Below the pieces are notes generated by a model. It was not told where the DNA came from. It was given only the letters and a program-made list of their open reading frames with translations, and ran no database searches. From positions 96,001-160,000 of the IMG/VR virus record IMGVR_UViG_3300045747_000527: 64,000 nt of DNA; one strand, 5' to 3'. This document shows, piece after piece, positions 28,604 to 38,833 of this stretch; the stretch's first letter is position 1, and the number at the start of each line of letters is the position of its first letter. Source of the stretch: a virus. The position numbers and the translations under genes are program-made.

Positions 28604-31600
28604 CTATGCATGTGAGGAGTTCTCTGGAGGCTTTTCCGCGGGCGCGTACTGGAACTTGCCGCCTTGCTCGGACGAGTAATACGCCTCCTGCATACTGAGC
28701 ATTCTTGTGAGGGTATCGTGGATGCCCTCCATAGACCCTCGCCCACCCAGTTGCTTGCCCAACTCGCTGTCCTTTAAGCCTTTCATCTTCGGAAGTCCAG
28801 TGTCGCTGTTCATGCCCACGAGGGCTGCAAGCTTTTCAAGGGCCCTGGATACCCCTGCTGCAGCATCCTTATCCTTACCTCCCAAAGAACCCATCAACCC
28901 CCGCACCGCGGAAGCTCTGTCCGAGTCTAAGCCAGACACGGTACGGTCAATCAGATCATCTCGGGCCTTGCCGCCCTTCCGCAGAATACCCATCTCCTCT
29001 TTACCGAACCCCCCAGCACCGAAGGCACCTAACACACGACCAATTTCTCCGATACCTTTCGCGCCACCCCAATTCTTAATTCCGCTAACTTGCGCAGCTT
29101 CGCCGGCCATGTCTATAGCTCCGCGAATACCCGCAAATTCCGCAGAGTCCGTAGGCAGCAGGCTCTTCAGTTTTTCCGCGGCACCCGCACCCCCTGCCTT
29201 AACCTGTTGGATCAGTTTCTCCATCGTCTCTTTACGGGCACCGGGGTCAAAGTCAGAGTGCAACAGTCTCTTCAGCAATCCTCCTAGTCCTAGACTACTT
29301 CCGCCTTTGCCGGGGGCCTTAATGGCGTCCGCCGTACCTAGAACGTAGTCCTCTCTGCCGCCAAGCTGCCCTGCCGCGCTCCCCATTCTCTTCTGCATAG
29401 TTTCGGCGAAAGCTACATCCCCTTGTTTGTCAATGTTCTGAGCGACGCCGCCCATGACAGATCGCAGTGTCTTTGCCGTTTCACCGCCCGCCTGGGACAT
29501 AGAAAGAAGCTCCTCAACAGCACCCTTTTGGCTGCGAGATAGCTTTCCTTTTCTGAGCAAGTCCATCATGCCATACGGACTCCCCGCGGCCAAAGTACGT
29601 GCTGCTTCCGCAAACCCCTCAACGCCCTGAAGCTCTTGCAAGTCTACGTTCTTGCCAGCTGATCTGGCGGTACTGAACGCACCCGTGCCCATCGCCCCTG
29701 ACAGAGGACTAACACCACCTCCAGCGCCGGACAACTTACTCGCAAAGCCGCGCATCTCTGCATCTAACTCAGCTCGACTTCGTGGCCCGCCCTCTGACAC
29801 GCGTCCACCCGACAAGATGCTCTTACGTAGAGCGCCGGCAGTACTAGACGTGATGCCCTCAACCTTTGACCCAGGAGTGGCACGTCCCCAAATGCGATCC
29901 ATCCCAGACGACCACGCGTCACTGATCGAACTCGCAGCCGCAGCACCGAACTCCACCAGCGCGGAGTTCTCCACATGATGGCCTATCTTGCGCATCAATC
30001 CACCAAAGGAGTGGTTGAGCATAGTATCTGCTTGACGGTTCTCGGCCTCCCGCTGGTTGAGTTCTCGCTCTGCGTTCTCTCGAATAATCCTGGGCTGGTT
30101 GCGGGCCAGATCTGCGAAGATATCCGCGGTCTTGGCATTCACTCCCATAAACCTTTGGATCATTCTGCGGGTGACGTACTTATCCATGTCACCAGTGCTG
30201 TTCAGCTTATCCCCCAACGCTCCACGTATGAAAGCCACCTGACCCATAGGGCCCTGTGCCAACATTTCACCACGCAAACTTTCCTCCCCCATTAGAAACT
30301 TCGCAGCGTTTCCATGCCCAGACACGTTCTTCTCCGCAGTACTCTGTATGCTGCCTACGCCCATACCTCCCGACATGAACGATGAGAGCTTCTCCTTATC
30401 GAAGCCCGTGAACCCTTTATTGGCCAGGGAAGCCAACATCCAACGTCCAGTACGGGAAGACGCAAAACGAGTAGCCCCAGCCTGAAGAGTTTGCGAGAAC
30501 GCTTGGATCGCTTCAGGACCCTGAAGACCCGTAGCTTCTTGCAGCGTTTGCTCGCTAATGGCACCGCTGCGCATTCCTCCGCCGACCAAGCTGAGCGTCC
30601 TCTGCATGCCAAGTGCTCCCGCGGCTCCAGACGCCCCCACGCTTCTAGCCATCGCCGCACCCTGGCCCATAGCCTCCTGAGTGGCCGCCACCGACATACC
30701 AGTCTGTGTGGCCGCCCCGCGGGTAAGCGTACTAGCGGCCATGACGTCAGACGGTGACCAGAACCCCATCTTCCGTGCTTCCGCCAAAAAAGGCATCGCG
30801 CCAGCCAAGGTGGTGTTCATGGTCTTGGCAACCACCTTCAGTGTCTTGGTGAGCTCTGCGAACTTTTTCTTGAACGTCTCTGCGTCCTGCACAGCTTTGA
30901 AAAGCCCGCCCTGAACCCCCTGCTCCATTATCGCAGTCAGCTCAGATGTGTTTGTGAGCACGCTGTCACCACTGCGCGCCACGTCCCGAATACCCTTAGC
31001 AATGTCCGCGCCCTCGCTACGGTTGAATCCGAACCCCGTGCGGGACATGGGGTTGGTGAACCGCATGTTCTTCTGCAAGAAGTCCTGTACATGACTCGTA
31101 TGCTGGGCCCCCTCCATCATTTGCCCCGCACCCCACCCAATCGCCTGGGTAGCCATGAACGCTGGAGCAGCAGCCATCAGCCCCGCCCCCAGCCCTCCGA
31201 GACCCGCGCGAGCCATGTTCCCGAAGCCGCCCGAGGCAATCCTCCCAGCGTTGCCCAGTATGCCCTCAGCCGTGCCCATGAGCCCGCTCCCAGACGCCAC
31301 GCCACTCATCAGCCCGGACCCACGGAAGAACCCGGACATCGCCGCGTACGTCGGGTCCATCATGCTGAACGCCTTGCCCGCCACCCCAGGTAAGAAGCTG
31401 CCAGCCAATGCCGCAACGGGCAGCGCAGACTGTGCGATAGACACCCCTGCCCCCAAAACCCGCGGCCCCAGATGCTGACCGTACACGTCATACATGGGCG
31501 GGGGCATGGTAAACGCCGCCGGGTCGTACATTGCGGGAGCACTGGCATAGGCTCCTCCACGTCCTTCAGGCCCTATAGAGCCTGCGAAATTGGTCACATT

Positions 31601-31660
31601 GCCGAACATCGCAGACTGCCCGGTCATCAGGCTGTTGACTTGGTGGCTGGAGAACGGCAT
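28604..31660 (-). CDS. Tape measure-like protein
   Basis: About 1018 aa, Gly/Ala/Met-rich helical, upstream of the baseplate genes; start set at MPFSSHQ, downstream of a terminator. Confidence 0.75.
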   Translation of the reverse strand: MPFSSHQVNSLMTGQSAMFGNVTNFAGSIGPEGRGGAYASAPAMYDPAAFTMPPPMYDVYGQHLGPRVLGAGVSIAQSALPVAALAGSFLPGVAGKAFSMMDPTYAAMSGFFRGSGLMSGVASGSGLMGTAEGILGNAGRIASGGFGNMARAGLGGLGAGLMAAAPAFMATQAIGWGAGQMMEGAQHTSHVQDFLQKNMRFTNPMSRTGFGFNRSEGADIAKGIRDVARSGDSVLTNTSELTAIMEQGVQGGLFKAVQDAETFKKKFAELTKTLKVVAKTMNTTLAGAMPFLAEARKMGFWSPSDVMAASTLTRGAATQTGMSVAATQEAMGQGAAMARSVGASGAAGALGMQRTLSLVGGGMRSGAISEQTLQEATGLQGPEAIQAFSQTLQAGATRFASSRTGRWMLASLANKGFTGFDKEKLSSFMSGGMGVGSIQSTAEKNVSGHGNAAKFLMGEESLRGEMLAQGPMGQVAFIRGALGDKLNSTGDMDKYVTRRMIQRFMGVNAKTADIFADLARNQPRIIRENAERELNQREAENRQADTMLNHSFGGLMRKIGHHVENSALVEFGAAAASSISDAWSSGMDRIWGRATPGSKVEGITSSTAGALRKSILSGGRVSEGGPRSRAELDAEMRGFASKLSGAGGGVSPLSGAMGTGAFSTARSAGKNVDLQELQGVEGFAEAARTLAAGSPYGMMDLLRKGKLSRSQKGAVEELLSMSQAGGETAKTLRSVMGGVAQNIDKQGDVAFAETMQKRMGSAAGQLGGREDYVLGTADAIKAPGKGGSSLGLGGLLKRLLHSDFDPGARKETMEKLIQQVKAGGAGAAEKLKSLLPTDSAEFAGIRGAIDMAGEAAQVSGIKNWGGAKGIGEIGRVLGAFGAGGFGKEEMGILRKGGKARDDLIDRTVSGLDSDRASAVRGLMGSLGGKDKDAAAGVSRALEKLAALVGMNSDTGLPKMKGLKDSELGKQLGGRGSMEGIHDTLTRMLSMQEAYYSSEQGGKFQYAPAEKPPENSSHA

Positions 31661-31713
31661 CGCTGTACAGGTTATCACCGAACGGGTCAGTACCTCAATC
31701 AATGTCAAGGGCT

Positions 31714-31739
31714 AAAGAAAGAGTCCCCGAAGGGACTCT
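31714..31739 (-). terminator. Intrinsic terminator
   Basis: Minus strand AGAGTCCC-TTCG-GGGACTCT followed by TTCTTT. Confidence 0.75.
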
Positions 31740-31745
31740 CTCAAA

Positions 31746-32009
31746 CTAGTGCTGTGGTGGCATAGCCGGTTCAGTGGCCCCGCAGATGAGCCTCAGTAGA
31801 TCTTCTTGAGGAAAGACGACGCCTCGTTTCGCCTCCTCAAACATGATCTGAGCGAGCGTCTGCGTTGTGATGTCAGCCCCGCCGTCGTGGCCCACGACCT
31901 TGAAGCCCTGGCCGCTGCGAAGCACAGCGGCTAGTTCACGCAAGGTCACGTACCTCTTCGTGAAGGTATCGTAGAGCTTTCGATTCGAATAGCGTTTGAT
32001 GGTTCGCAT
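31746..32009 (-). CDS. PhaR/PHB-accumulation-regulator-type DNA-binding protein
   Basis: IKRYSNRKLYDT...YVTL..L...G..F.V...DIT.QTLAQI..E signature of the PhaR N-terminal domain. Confidence 0.85.
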   Translation of the reverse strand: MRTIKRYSNRKLYDTFTKRYVTLRELAAVLRSGQGFKVVGHDGGADITTQTLAQIMFEEAKRGVVFPQEDLLRLICGATEPAMPPQH

Positions 32010-32018
32010 GTGATTCTC

Positions 32019-32417
32019 CTAGAGGGCGTCCATCTGCGCCTGGAGCTCCTCGATTGTGGCGCTCTTCAGTTTCTCGTCCTGCTTCTCGCTGATGAGGGCC
32101 ATGATCTTCTGCTTCTTCTCCCTGGTCTCCTTGGCCTTCCGTCTTGCCTCACTCTCAGCAAGTCTGATCTGGATGATGTGCTTGACGATTTCGAACATGG
32201 CGGGGGTAGTGGTGTCTGCGGATTCTTCCTTCGGCTTGACGAAAGATTCCTCGTCAACAGCTGCCTTCAACTGCTTGTTGAGACCCTTGGCAATGTCATC
32301 GAGACAAGCACGGTTACTTCTCTCGGTTGTCAACGGCAGGTCCCAAAGGTCCTCCACTGACAGCGTACCCTGGGCTGACTCGTACCGGAACCTCTCGCGT
32401 GTCGCTCTTTCGAACAT
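32019..32417 (-). CDS. Conserved phage hypothetical protein
   Basis: MFERATRERFRYESAQGTLSVEDLWDLPL; start reset to the ATG after an AGGAA RBS. Confidence 0.7.
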   Translation of the reverse strand: MFERATRERFRYESAQGTLSVEDLWDLPLTTERSNRACLDDIAKGLNKQLKAAVDEESFVKPKEESADTTTPAMFEIVKHIIQIRLAESEARRKAKETREKKQKIMALISEKQDEKLKSATIEELQAQMDAL

Positions 32418-32446
32418 GGTTTCCTTCTTTCTTTTGATTGGGCTGA

Positions 32447-34459
32447 CTAGAACATTACCTTGACCGTTCTGGTGAACGATCCCTTTACCTTGCAGAGTAG
32501 GTGACCCCTCTGCGTAGATGAGAAGCCGATGCCACTCAACTGACTCGCTGACTCCTTCGTCTTTGACTTCGATGCAACGATCTCCAGAACCTTGCGGTGC
32601 TGGTTCAGCTCGGGCAGGAGGAACTCGTTGTAGAACCCCCTGGCCGACCCTGCGTTCAAGCACTCCCTCAACATGAAGAAGTAGTGTTTGTTACCCGTGC
32701 CGTCCGTCTCTCCCCAATAGTTCGGGGACAGCATCACTGCCTCAACAGGAGTGAACTCCTGTGTCTTGATACCCCAGGCTTCTTTGGCTACCTGAGATGA
32801 TGAAAGCGCCGGGACGATCTTGAAGCCAGTCTCGTGTGAATACTGGATATCCGCGACGGCAACATTCTCCCCGCCCCTAACTGCCTTGGGGTATGAGAGA
32901 GTGTGCACCACTCCGTCAAATTCGATCTCTACCTCGAAGCCCACGTCCACTGTCTCTCGCTGACAGAACTGATGGACGCTAAGGCGGTAGACCCCCGGCT
33001 TCATTCGTTTTCGATCTAGATAGCAGATATTCTCCACCGGAGTTTTGCTTTGCCCGCCCCCGGCGTTCATGTCTACGTCCAAGGCCCCGGTGCCGGAGTT
33101 CTTAGCTCCAAAGTAAATCTCAAACCCTCCAGGTTCCTTCATGTGAAAATCGAGGTCATCGTAATTAGACCACGACAGAGAACACCTGAGGTCCCCGTCC
33201 ACCTTGCCACCCGCGGACTTGACCCGCTCCTTGATTGAATCCGCAAAGTCCCCCTGGTAAGACCAGCTGAAGTTGTTCTTCCACTTGAACAGCCGCTTAG
33301 CAGTAAGGTCGCAGGGCGCGATCAAACTGACGAAGCGATTGAGGTGTTCGTTCTCCACCATCACCTCTAGCGAGGTCGCCTTCGGCAAGACACTGGAGAT
33401 GAAGTCCTCAATACCGATCTCCTCGACCTTGTCGAGCTTCTTTGCCGACGCCGCCTTGGGCGTGATTGTGTCGAACACGTCAGCATCCAGCTGCTTCCTG
33501 GTCTCGCGGTCTGCGAAGAGGACGTCGTTGATGGTGATGTCGTCAAGAGTCGCAAACCGTCGTTCAAGCGCAGAGGTCAGGCCAAGCTCCTCTACCTTTG
33601 CCCGAGCGTTCTGAATCATGGCCTTGGTGACCAGGGCAGTCGGCCGTCTATAATTGATCGGTGCGACCTTGGTTTCGAATGCCTTGACCGCCTCGTCCAT
33701 CTCCTTCCCCTCAGACAAATCCACCAGTAGCGTTCCTATGACGGTGTTGCGGATACGGGACACGGATAGATGCGTACTGGCGGCGAGTGACCAGCAAAAG
33801 AGAGACTGCTTCTTGGCCGAGGTCAGCTTGTCAAAGTCCACCTTGAGCTTCCGGAACTTATCGAGCACAGGCTTGTGCTCCTCCCCGCGGTAGAGGCTGT
33901 TCTGGCCGATGAGTTCGAGAACAGTATCGACGGACTCCAGGCTGAGCTCCTGAAGAGAGCGGAGCATGACATCATAGGTTGCTCGCGCTTCACCGAGCCG
34001 GGTTCCGATGTCCCTCTTGGAAGCAACGATACCGTCAGGAAGTCTGAAGTAGAAGTGTTCCCACTCTTTGATCCCAGCGTCTCCCTCTTCGTAATTCCTA
34101 TCCGTGCCGACCACGGATTCCGCATGAAGGTAGACGTTGTCCACGTCACAGGACTTGACGAACTCTGACATCGCGTCCGCTACTGGCTGGTAGTTGCCCG
34201 CCACCTTCACGTCCCACACGCTAACCAACTTGTGATCTTTGACGTACACGAGTCCGCCGATGTTCCGGATGAAGTGCCGGCAGCAAGAACAGTCGTGCTC
34301 TGTGCGTTCACGGAACTTGGGATTGGCACCTTCGGGAAAAGAAGACAGGTACGTCTCCCACAGCTTGTCTCCTTCAACCCTAACCCGAAGAAGCGTACCT
34401 CCTGCCACCATCTTGGCGAACTGCCGTTGTACCGCGGTCTTGATAAGTGTGAAATCCAT
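32447..34459 (-). CDS. 670-aa conserved phage protein with C-terminal TerD/YfaP-like beta domain
   Basis: LSWSNYDDLDFHMKEP...LDVDMNAGG...PVENI. Confidence 0.65.
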   Translation of the reverse strand: MDFTLIKTAVQRQFAKMVAGGTLLRVRVEGDKLWETYLSSFPEGANPKFRERTEHDCSCCRHFIRNIGGLVYVKDHKLVSVWDVKVAGNYQPVADAMSEFVKSCDVDNVYLHAESVVGTDRNYEEGDAGIKEWEHFYFRLPDGIVASKRDIGTRLGEARATYDVMLRSLQELSLESVDTVLELIGQNSLYRGEEHKPVLDKFRKLKVDFDKLTSAKKQSLFCWSLAASTHLSVSRIRNTVIGTLLVDLSEGKEMDEAVKAFETKVAPINYRRPTALVTKAMIQNARAKVEELGLTSALERRFATLDDITINDVLFADRETRKQLDADVFDTITPKAASAKKLDKVEEIGIEDFISSVLPKATSLEVMVENEHLNRFVSLIAPCDLTAKRLFKWKNNFSWSYQGDFADSIKERVKSAGGKVDGDLRCSLSWSNYDDLDFHMKEPGGFEIYFGAKNSGTGALDVDMNAGGGQSKTPVENICYLDRKRMKPGVYRLSVHQFCQRETVDVGFEVEIEFDGVVHTLSYPKAVRGGENVAVADIQYSHETGFKIVPALSSSQVAKEAWGIKTQEFTPVEAVMLSPNYWGETDGTGNKHYFFMLRECLNAGSARGFYNEFLLPELNQHRKVLEIVASKSKTKESASQLSGIGFSSTQRGHLLCKVKGSFTRTVKVMF

Positions 34460-34599
34460 CGTGACTCCTTTGTGGACTGATCATTGGGCATGGCTACGCC
34501 CCACCAGGGTCAATAGCCTACGGCTAAGCCCAGTCACAGTTCTTATACCGTGATCTGCGTGGGAATTACGCCAGAGGCCACACGACGATCTCATAGCTG

Positions 34600-34636
34600 A
34601 CGCACTTCGGCTACAGTGGTTGCAGCCGAAGTGCGT
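34600..34636. terminator. 13-bp perfect hairpin, terminator-like or regulatory
   Basis: acgcacttcggct-N11-agccgaagtgcgt, intergenic. Confidence 0.5.
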
Positions 34637-34753
34637 TATGCTCTGAAAAACTTAGATCATACGTGGCATAAGTATAGTGACGTCCCCAGGACGCTGAGGA
34701 ACGAGGAAGCGCAGCCAGCAGAACGAAGGCCGCCAGCCGAAAGGCAAGGTGAG

Positions 34754-35128
34754 TCAGGTTCGCTGGGAGGAGCCGTGCGAATCCGTTTTTTTCTCGCCCA
34801 ATCCTGGAACAGCCGCTTTGGGGGCCGCGGGTACTGGTGGTGGTGGTGGTGCAACTGGGGGCTTTGTGAAGGCAGCCATGGCCGCATCCCGAGTTGCATT
34901 ACTCCTTCTCGGCGTCACCTTCTTCATATCCCTGGTGACGTCTTCCCAGTGCGTGGCCACCACTTCTCTGCACCCGGTACACAGGTCAGAGAAGGTCACG
35001 GTCTTACCCATGAACGTGCAAGAGAACACAGCCACGTCCTTGAGGTTCTCTTCCCCCGGCGTGGTACCTACGTGTTCGACTTTCTTACAGCGGTCACATC
35101 TCAACTCTACGACAACTTTGCGTCCCAT
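34754..35128 (-). CDS. Small Zn-binding protein
   Basis: CDRC and DLCTGC; Pro/Ala-rich tail. Confidence 0.6.
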   Translation of the reverse strand: MGRKVVVELRCDRCKKVEHVGTTPGEENLKDVAVFSCTFMGKTVTFSDLCTGCREVVATHWEDVTRDMKKVTPRRSNATRDAAMAAFTKPPVAPPPPPVPAAPKAAVPGLGEKKTDSHGSSQRT

Positions 35129-35138
35129 TTTTCCGTCC

Positions 35139-35375
35139 TCAATCCTTGGTACTTGCAGCCGTCTGCGCATGTAGGATCTTCCATGCCAGGTATGTCTTCA
35201 GCAGGGTTCTCTCTACCGGCACCAGCCGATCCTGCTCCATGCCGACCATGTGCCTGCTGAACGCATCCACTTCAGCGTTCATTGCGGCCGCCAGCTCTGC
35301 GTTGTTGCATTCCTTGGCCGTCTGCCTGCCATCCGGCAAGGCCAGGTTGATTTCAATAGCTTGCTTGATTTGCAT
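35139..35375 (-). CDS. Hypothetical protein
   Basis: 78 aa, GGAGG RBS. Confidence 0.6.
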   Translation of the reverse strand: MQIKQAIEINLALPDGRQTAKECNNAELAAAMNAEVDAFSRHMVGMEQDRLVPVERTLLKTYLAWKILHAQTAASTKD

Positions 35376-35449
35376 GTGCCTCCGAGAAAGATTCTACATT
35401 ACGGGGGTATAAGATCTGCAGATATCTGCTAGCCAACAAGGAGATCTGC

Positions 35450-36784
35450 ATGAACGCAAGACACGAGCTACACCAAAAACGAGGCCTCAGCACAGAAAGA
35501 TTCTGGATCATAGAATGCCGTGATGACATCCTCACCACTGAGTGGGGGGCGGTAGAAGGCGGCGTCCGCAAGAGGCACGGCAGAACAGAAGACACCATCA
35601 AAGCGAAAGGCAAGCTGGGTACCGCAGCATTCGTGTCAGCCAATGAGAATGCTGTTTTCAACATGGAGCGGGAAATCCGCAAGAAGATGGAGGAGGGATA
35701 CGAAGACATCCTCAGCACCAGGAAGCAAGTCACCAATGGCGACCAGATCTCCCATGACGTCGCACTCTTCAAGAACCTGGCCTTCTGCAAGCCGGCCAAG
35801 AAGCCCAGCAAGACCGTGATGGGGAGACACGACATCATCGGAACCGTGAAGTTCAATGGCGAGACTGTGATCGCCCACAGGATGAGCAACGGCAAGGCCA
35901 AGATATACAGCCGCCGAATCATCGACATCACAGATTGGTTCCCCCAGCTGATCTCCTTCATGGAATCCCCAGCCGTGCCAACCAAGAGCATCCTGATGTT
36001 CGAAGGACACATGGGCCGCGGTGCCACCAGAAAAGACGCGCTCAAGGCCGCCTCCATCTTCCGCTCGAAAGCCCCACTAGCTCTGGAGAAACAGGAACAG
36101 AACGGCTGGATGTCGTTCTACTTGTTCCGCGCTCCATTCTGGGATGGTGAGCCCTACGAGCAGCGCTACACAAATCGAGACCAGATACTCTGGATGGAAG
36201 ACATACTGTCTCCGCTCCTACGGAAATTCTCCTGGAGAGACCAAAAGCTGCTGAAGCCCATACAGGTAGTGCGGAACCTAACCGTGGATTCCGCACTCGC
36301 TCACGCCCGCGCGAACAAGCTGGAAGGCTTGGTCGGCTATCTGCCCGAAGCGTGTATGGGAGATCAAGCATGGTCGTTCAACGGCAAACCCACCAGGCCA
36401 AACCACTTCTTCAAACTGAAGATCGACGAAGAAGATGACTTCGTCATCAAGTTCAACCCAGAGAAGGGCCACGGTACCTGGGGTACCGGGAAGAACCAGA
36501 AGCGTGTTGGTACGTTTGCCATGTATCAGTACGGGGCTGGAGGAACCTTGGTGTACTGCGGTGACGTAGGAACGGGATTCTCTGATGAAGATCGCGAGGA
36601 TGTCATAGCCTGGATGAAGTCAGCTGGGCAGACGTGGGAAGGCGTTGCTGAAGTCCGCTATGAGACGAGATTCCTCATCTCAGCTGGGGACAAGAGCAAC
36701 GCTATCCAACTTCCTCGAATCGTTCGGTTCCGCGAGGATAAGGGCGCCACAGAGTGTATCTGTGAGGCCCTCATCGAAGAGTAG
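35450..36784 (+). CDS. ATP-dependent DNA ligase with N-terminal WGR-like domain
   Basis: Motif I VKFNG, III FEGH, IV EGLV, V FKLK, OB-fold VAEVRY...LPRIVRFREDK; TEWGAV in the N-terminus. Confidence 0.85.
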   Translation: MNARHELHQKRGLSTERFWIIECRDDILTTEWGAVEGGVRKRHGRTEDTIKAKGKLGTAAFVSANENAVFNMEREIRKKMEEGYEDILSTRKQVTNGDQISHDVALFKNLAFCKPAKKPSKTVMGRHDIIGTVKFNGETVIAHRMSNGKAKIYSRRIIDITDWFPQLISFMESPAVPTKSILMFEGHMGRGATRKDALKAASIFRSKAPLALEKQEQNGWMSFYLFRAPFWDGEPYEQRYTNRDQILWMEDILSPLLRKFSWRDQKLLKPIQVVRNLTVDSALAHARANKLEGLVGYLPEACMGDQAWSFNGKPTRPNHFFKLKIDEEDDFVIKFNPEKGHGTWGTGKNQKRVGTFAMYQYGAGGTLVYCGDVGTGFSDEDREDVIAWMKSAGQTWEGVAEVRYETRFLISAGDKSNAIQLPRIVRFREDKGATECICEALIEE

Positions 36785-36799
36785 TCTGAGTGAACTTCC

Positions 36800-36833
36800 G
36801 CCCGCACTGGCCACAGGTAAAACCAGTGCGGGC
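36800..36833. terminator. 11-bp hairpin between convergent genes
   Basis: gcccgcactgg-N12-ccagtgcgggc. Confidence 0.5.
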
Positions 36834-36933
36834 ATCACCCACAGCGTACCCCGTCTTGCAGTGGGGACACCGAATCTTGCGGTAAGCGGCACCGTGCCCA
36901 GAACTTTTCACCACTACTTTTTCTTTCGCCACA

Positions 36934-37707
36934 TCAGCCTCCAAATTCCGTAACCGTTTCAGCGTTTGCAGTCTCGATCACTGAAGGGTTCGGGTTCGGG
37001 CCCTTCGCCGCCTCTGCCTCTTTTTTCGCCTTTATGCGGGCGACCATGAACACCGCGTCCATGATGAGCTTGGCGTTGATCTGCTCCATCTTCTCTTTGC
37101 GCAGGTCTGTCTTCTCATCCGCCAGGAACTTCGCAGTGCTCCTCACCTTAGCGATTTCCCGTGTCAGATCAGAGAGGAAGCGGTTCACCGCCTGAGTTCT
37201 GGCGTCCGTGACTGGACCGAGCTCCGCGCGAAGCTCCAGCTCAAAAGCCGGCAGGTCAGGCTCCAAGGCGTCAACACGCTCAGACAGGGCGCTGACCTCA
37301 TCCTTGTACGCCTGCAGCTTCTCAGCCTCGACGTCATCTTCCGCGGCTCTGTAGTAGAAGCCCCAATCGATACCTTCGTTCAGTATCTGAACAGGAAATG
37401 CTGACTTCTGGAAATCAGTCTCGACCTCGTCAGTCTGAGGCTTTGGCCACAACTGGAGAGCGCCACAGAATAGAGCCTGGGCGACCTTGGAGATAGCGCG
37501 CTGATTGATCTCAGATGCATCGAGTCCGCGCTTCATCTCTTGGTGATTACGGAACAATGTTCCGACGCTATCCTGAACCGACGCCTCCAGCTTACTTAGG
37601 CGGTCGTTCAGTTCCGCCAGCGGGTTTGCTGACTTTCCTACCTTTTTTCCCAGGCGCTCCTGCCGTCTTTGATTCGCCTTCTCGCTTCTCTTCTGGTGTC
37701 GATTCAT
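36934..37707 (-). CDS. Coiled-coil hypothetical protein
   Basis: 257 aa, helical, GAGGTGG RBS. Confidence 0.65.
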   Translation of the reverse strand: MNRHQKRSEKANQRRQERLGKKVGKSANPLAELNDRLSKLEASVQDSVGTLFRNHQEMKRGLDASEINQRAISKVAQALFCGALQLWPKPQTDEVETDFQKSAFPVQILNEGIDWGFYYRAAEDDVEAEKLQAYKDEVSALSERVDALEPDLPAFELELRAELGPVTDARTQAVNRFLSDLTREIAKVRSTAKFLADEKTDLRKEKMEQINAKLIMDAVFMVARIKAKKEAEAAKGPNPNPSVIETANAETVTEFGG

Positions 37708-37966
37708 TCTTGGCCACCTCTGTCGTTTCTAGGGTTGAGATCTCTTGTTGAAGTTGTTCGACGGTAGCTTCCATCTGAAACTGCGCGTCCATGATGATAT
37801 CTTGTGGCACCACTCCGATACCGCCCTTCGAAGAAATACCCAGCTTCGCTGGAGTGCTATCTCCGTCCAGAAACTTCGCCAGGTGCTCCTTGAGCTCTGT
37901 CCAAAGGGCAATCTCATGCAGCATGCGGTCGCGATCTGAAATCATATCCTGAAGAGTAGTGCCCAT
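37592..37966 (-). CDS. Hypothetical protein (3' end overlaps the next gene)
   Basis: 124 aa, helical N-terminus; GGAG RBS. Confidence 0.55.
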   Translation of the reverse strand: MGTTLQDMISDRDRMLHEIALWTELKEHLAKFLDGDSTPAKLGISSKGGIGVVPQDIIMDAQFQMEATVEQLQQEISTLETTEVAKNESTPEEKREGESKTAGAPGKKGRKVSKPAGGTERPPK

Positions 37967-38149
37967 GAAAAAACTCCGGTGTTGTCGGTATAAGGGTTTT
38001 GTTCTCGCTCGTGGATGAAAGAGAAGTCGCTGGTGGTGACAGGTGCCCGCCGCCGGAGATGAGGGTACAGAAGACCTTCAGAGAGAGGATAGCAGTCGGG
38101 GTCGAAAGTTGTGAATCAGCTGGACTGGACTGTTCTTTGGTCCTTCTAC

Positions 38150-38833
38150 TCATGAGTTGATAAATGCTTGGAATCTAGAGACGAGGTCCGCCCCAGCAGA
38201 AACGTCTTTGATCACGTTTTTTAGCGGGTACACGACCTTGTGCCGGACCCGGCGGGCCACGTCCACCAGCTCACTACCCGCATTTTTTTCGATCTCCAGA
38301 GCCGTCTGCTTCTGCAGGTTAGCATGATGGGAAAGCAGCACGATGTCCGCGTTAGCCTCCAGGTACATGTAGTTGTTGAAGATGCTCCGGGCCCAGTCCT
38401 TCGCTGTCAGCCTCAGGCCGCGCTCGCCCCACAGGTCTCTGGCAAGGTACACCCTCTCGCACTTAGGGCACAAGACCTTCGCTGGCGCTGTGGGGTCCGC
38501 GTTCTCGCTGATGTCCACGATGGTGTGCTCCGGCGGGTAGATGACTCCGTGGCAGCCACTATCCGCGCACAGGTACACCTTTGTGTCACCGCCACCGTGT
38601 AGCTTATCCCCACTGAGAAGGAAGTACATGATACCGAAGAATGGCTTCCAGGTGGACCGCTCCTCGTGGATGTGAATCTCCAGCTTGTACTTGGCCCGCG
38701 CATCCCTCTTGAAGAGCTCATCCAGAGCCTTCATGCGCTTCTCTACAGCATCACGTTCCTGGGCATTGAGCTCTGCCAGGTTCGTGCCGCCCAATTGATC
38801 TCTCAGAAAACTGACTTCCTTTACGTCAGACAT
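38150..38833 (-). CDS. Zn-binding hypothetical protein
   Basis: CADSGC and CPKC. Confidence 0.65.
   Translation of the reverse strand: MSDVKEVSFLRDQLGGTNLAELNAQERDAVEKRMKALDELFKRDARAKYKLEIHIHEERSTWKPFFGIMYFLLSGDKLHGGGDTKVYLCADSGCHGVIYPPEHTIVDISENADPTAPAKVLCPKCERVYLARDLWGERGLRLTAKDWARSIFNNYMYLEANADIVLLSHHANLQKQTALEIEKNAGSELVDVARRVRHKVVYPLKNVIKDVSAGADLVSRFQAFINS

Noticed and set aside
34616-34756. Possible CTG-start secreted peptide after 34754-35128
   Set aside because: Non-canonical start, no RBS, and it runs into the hairpin; not enough support
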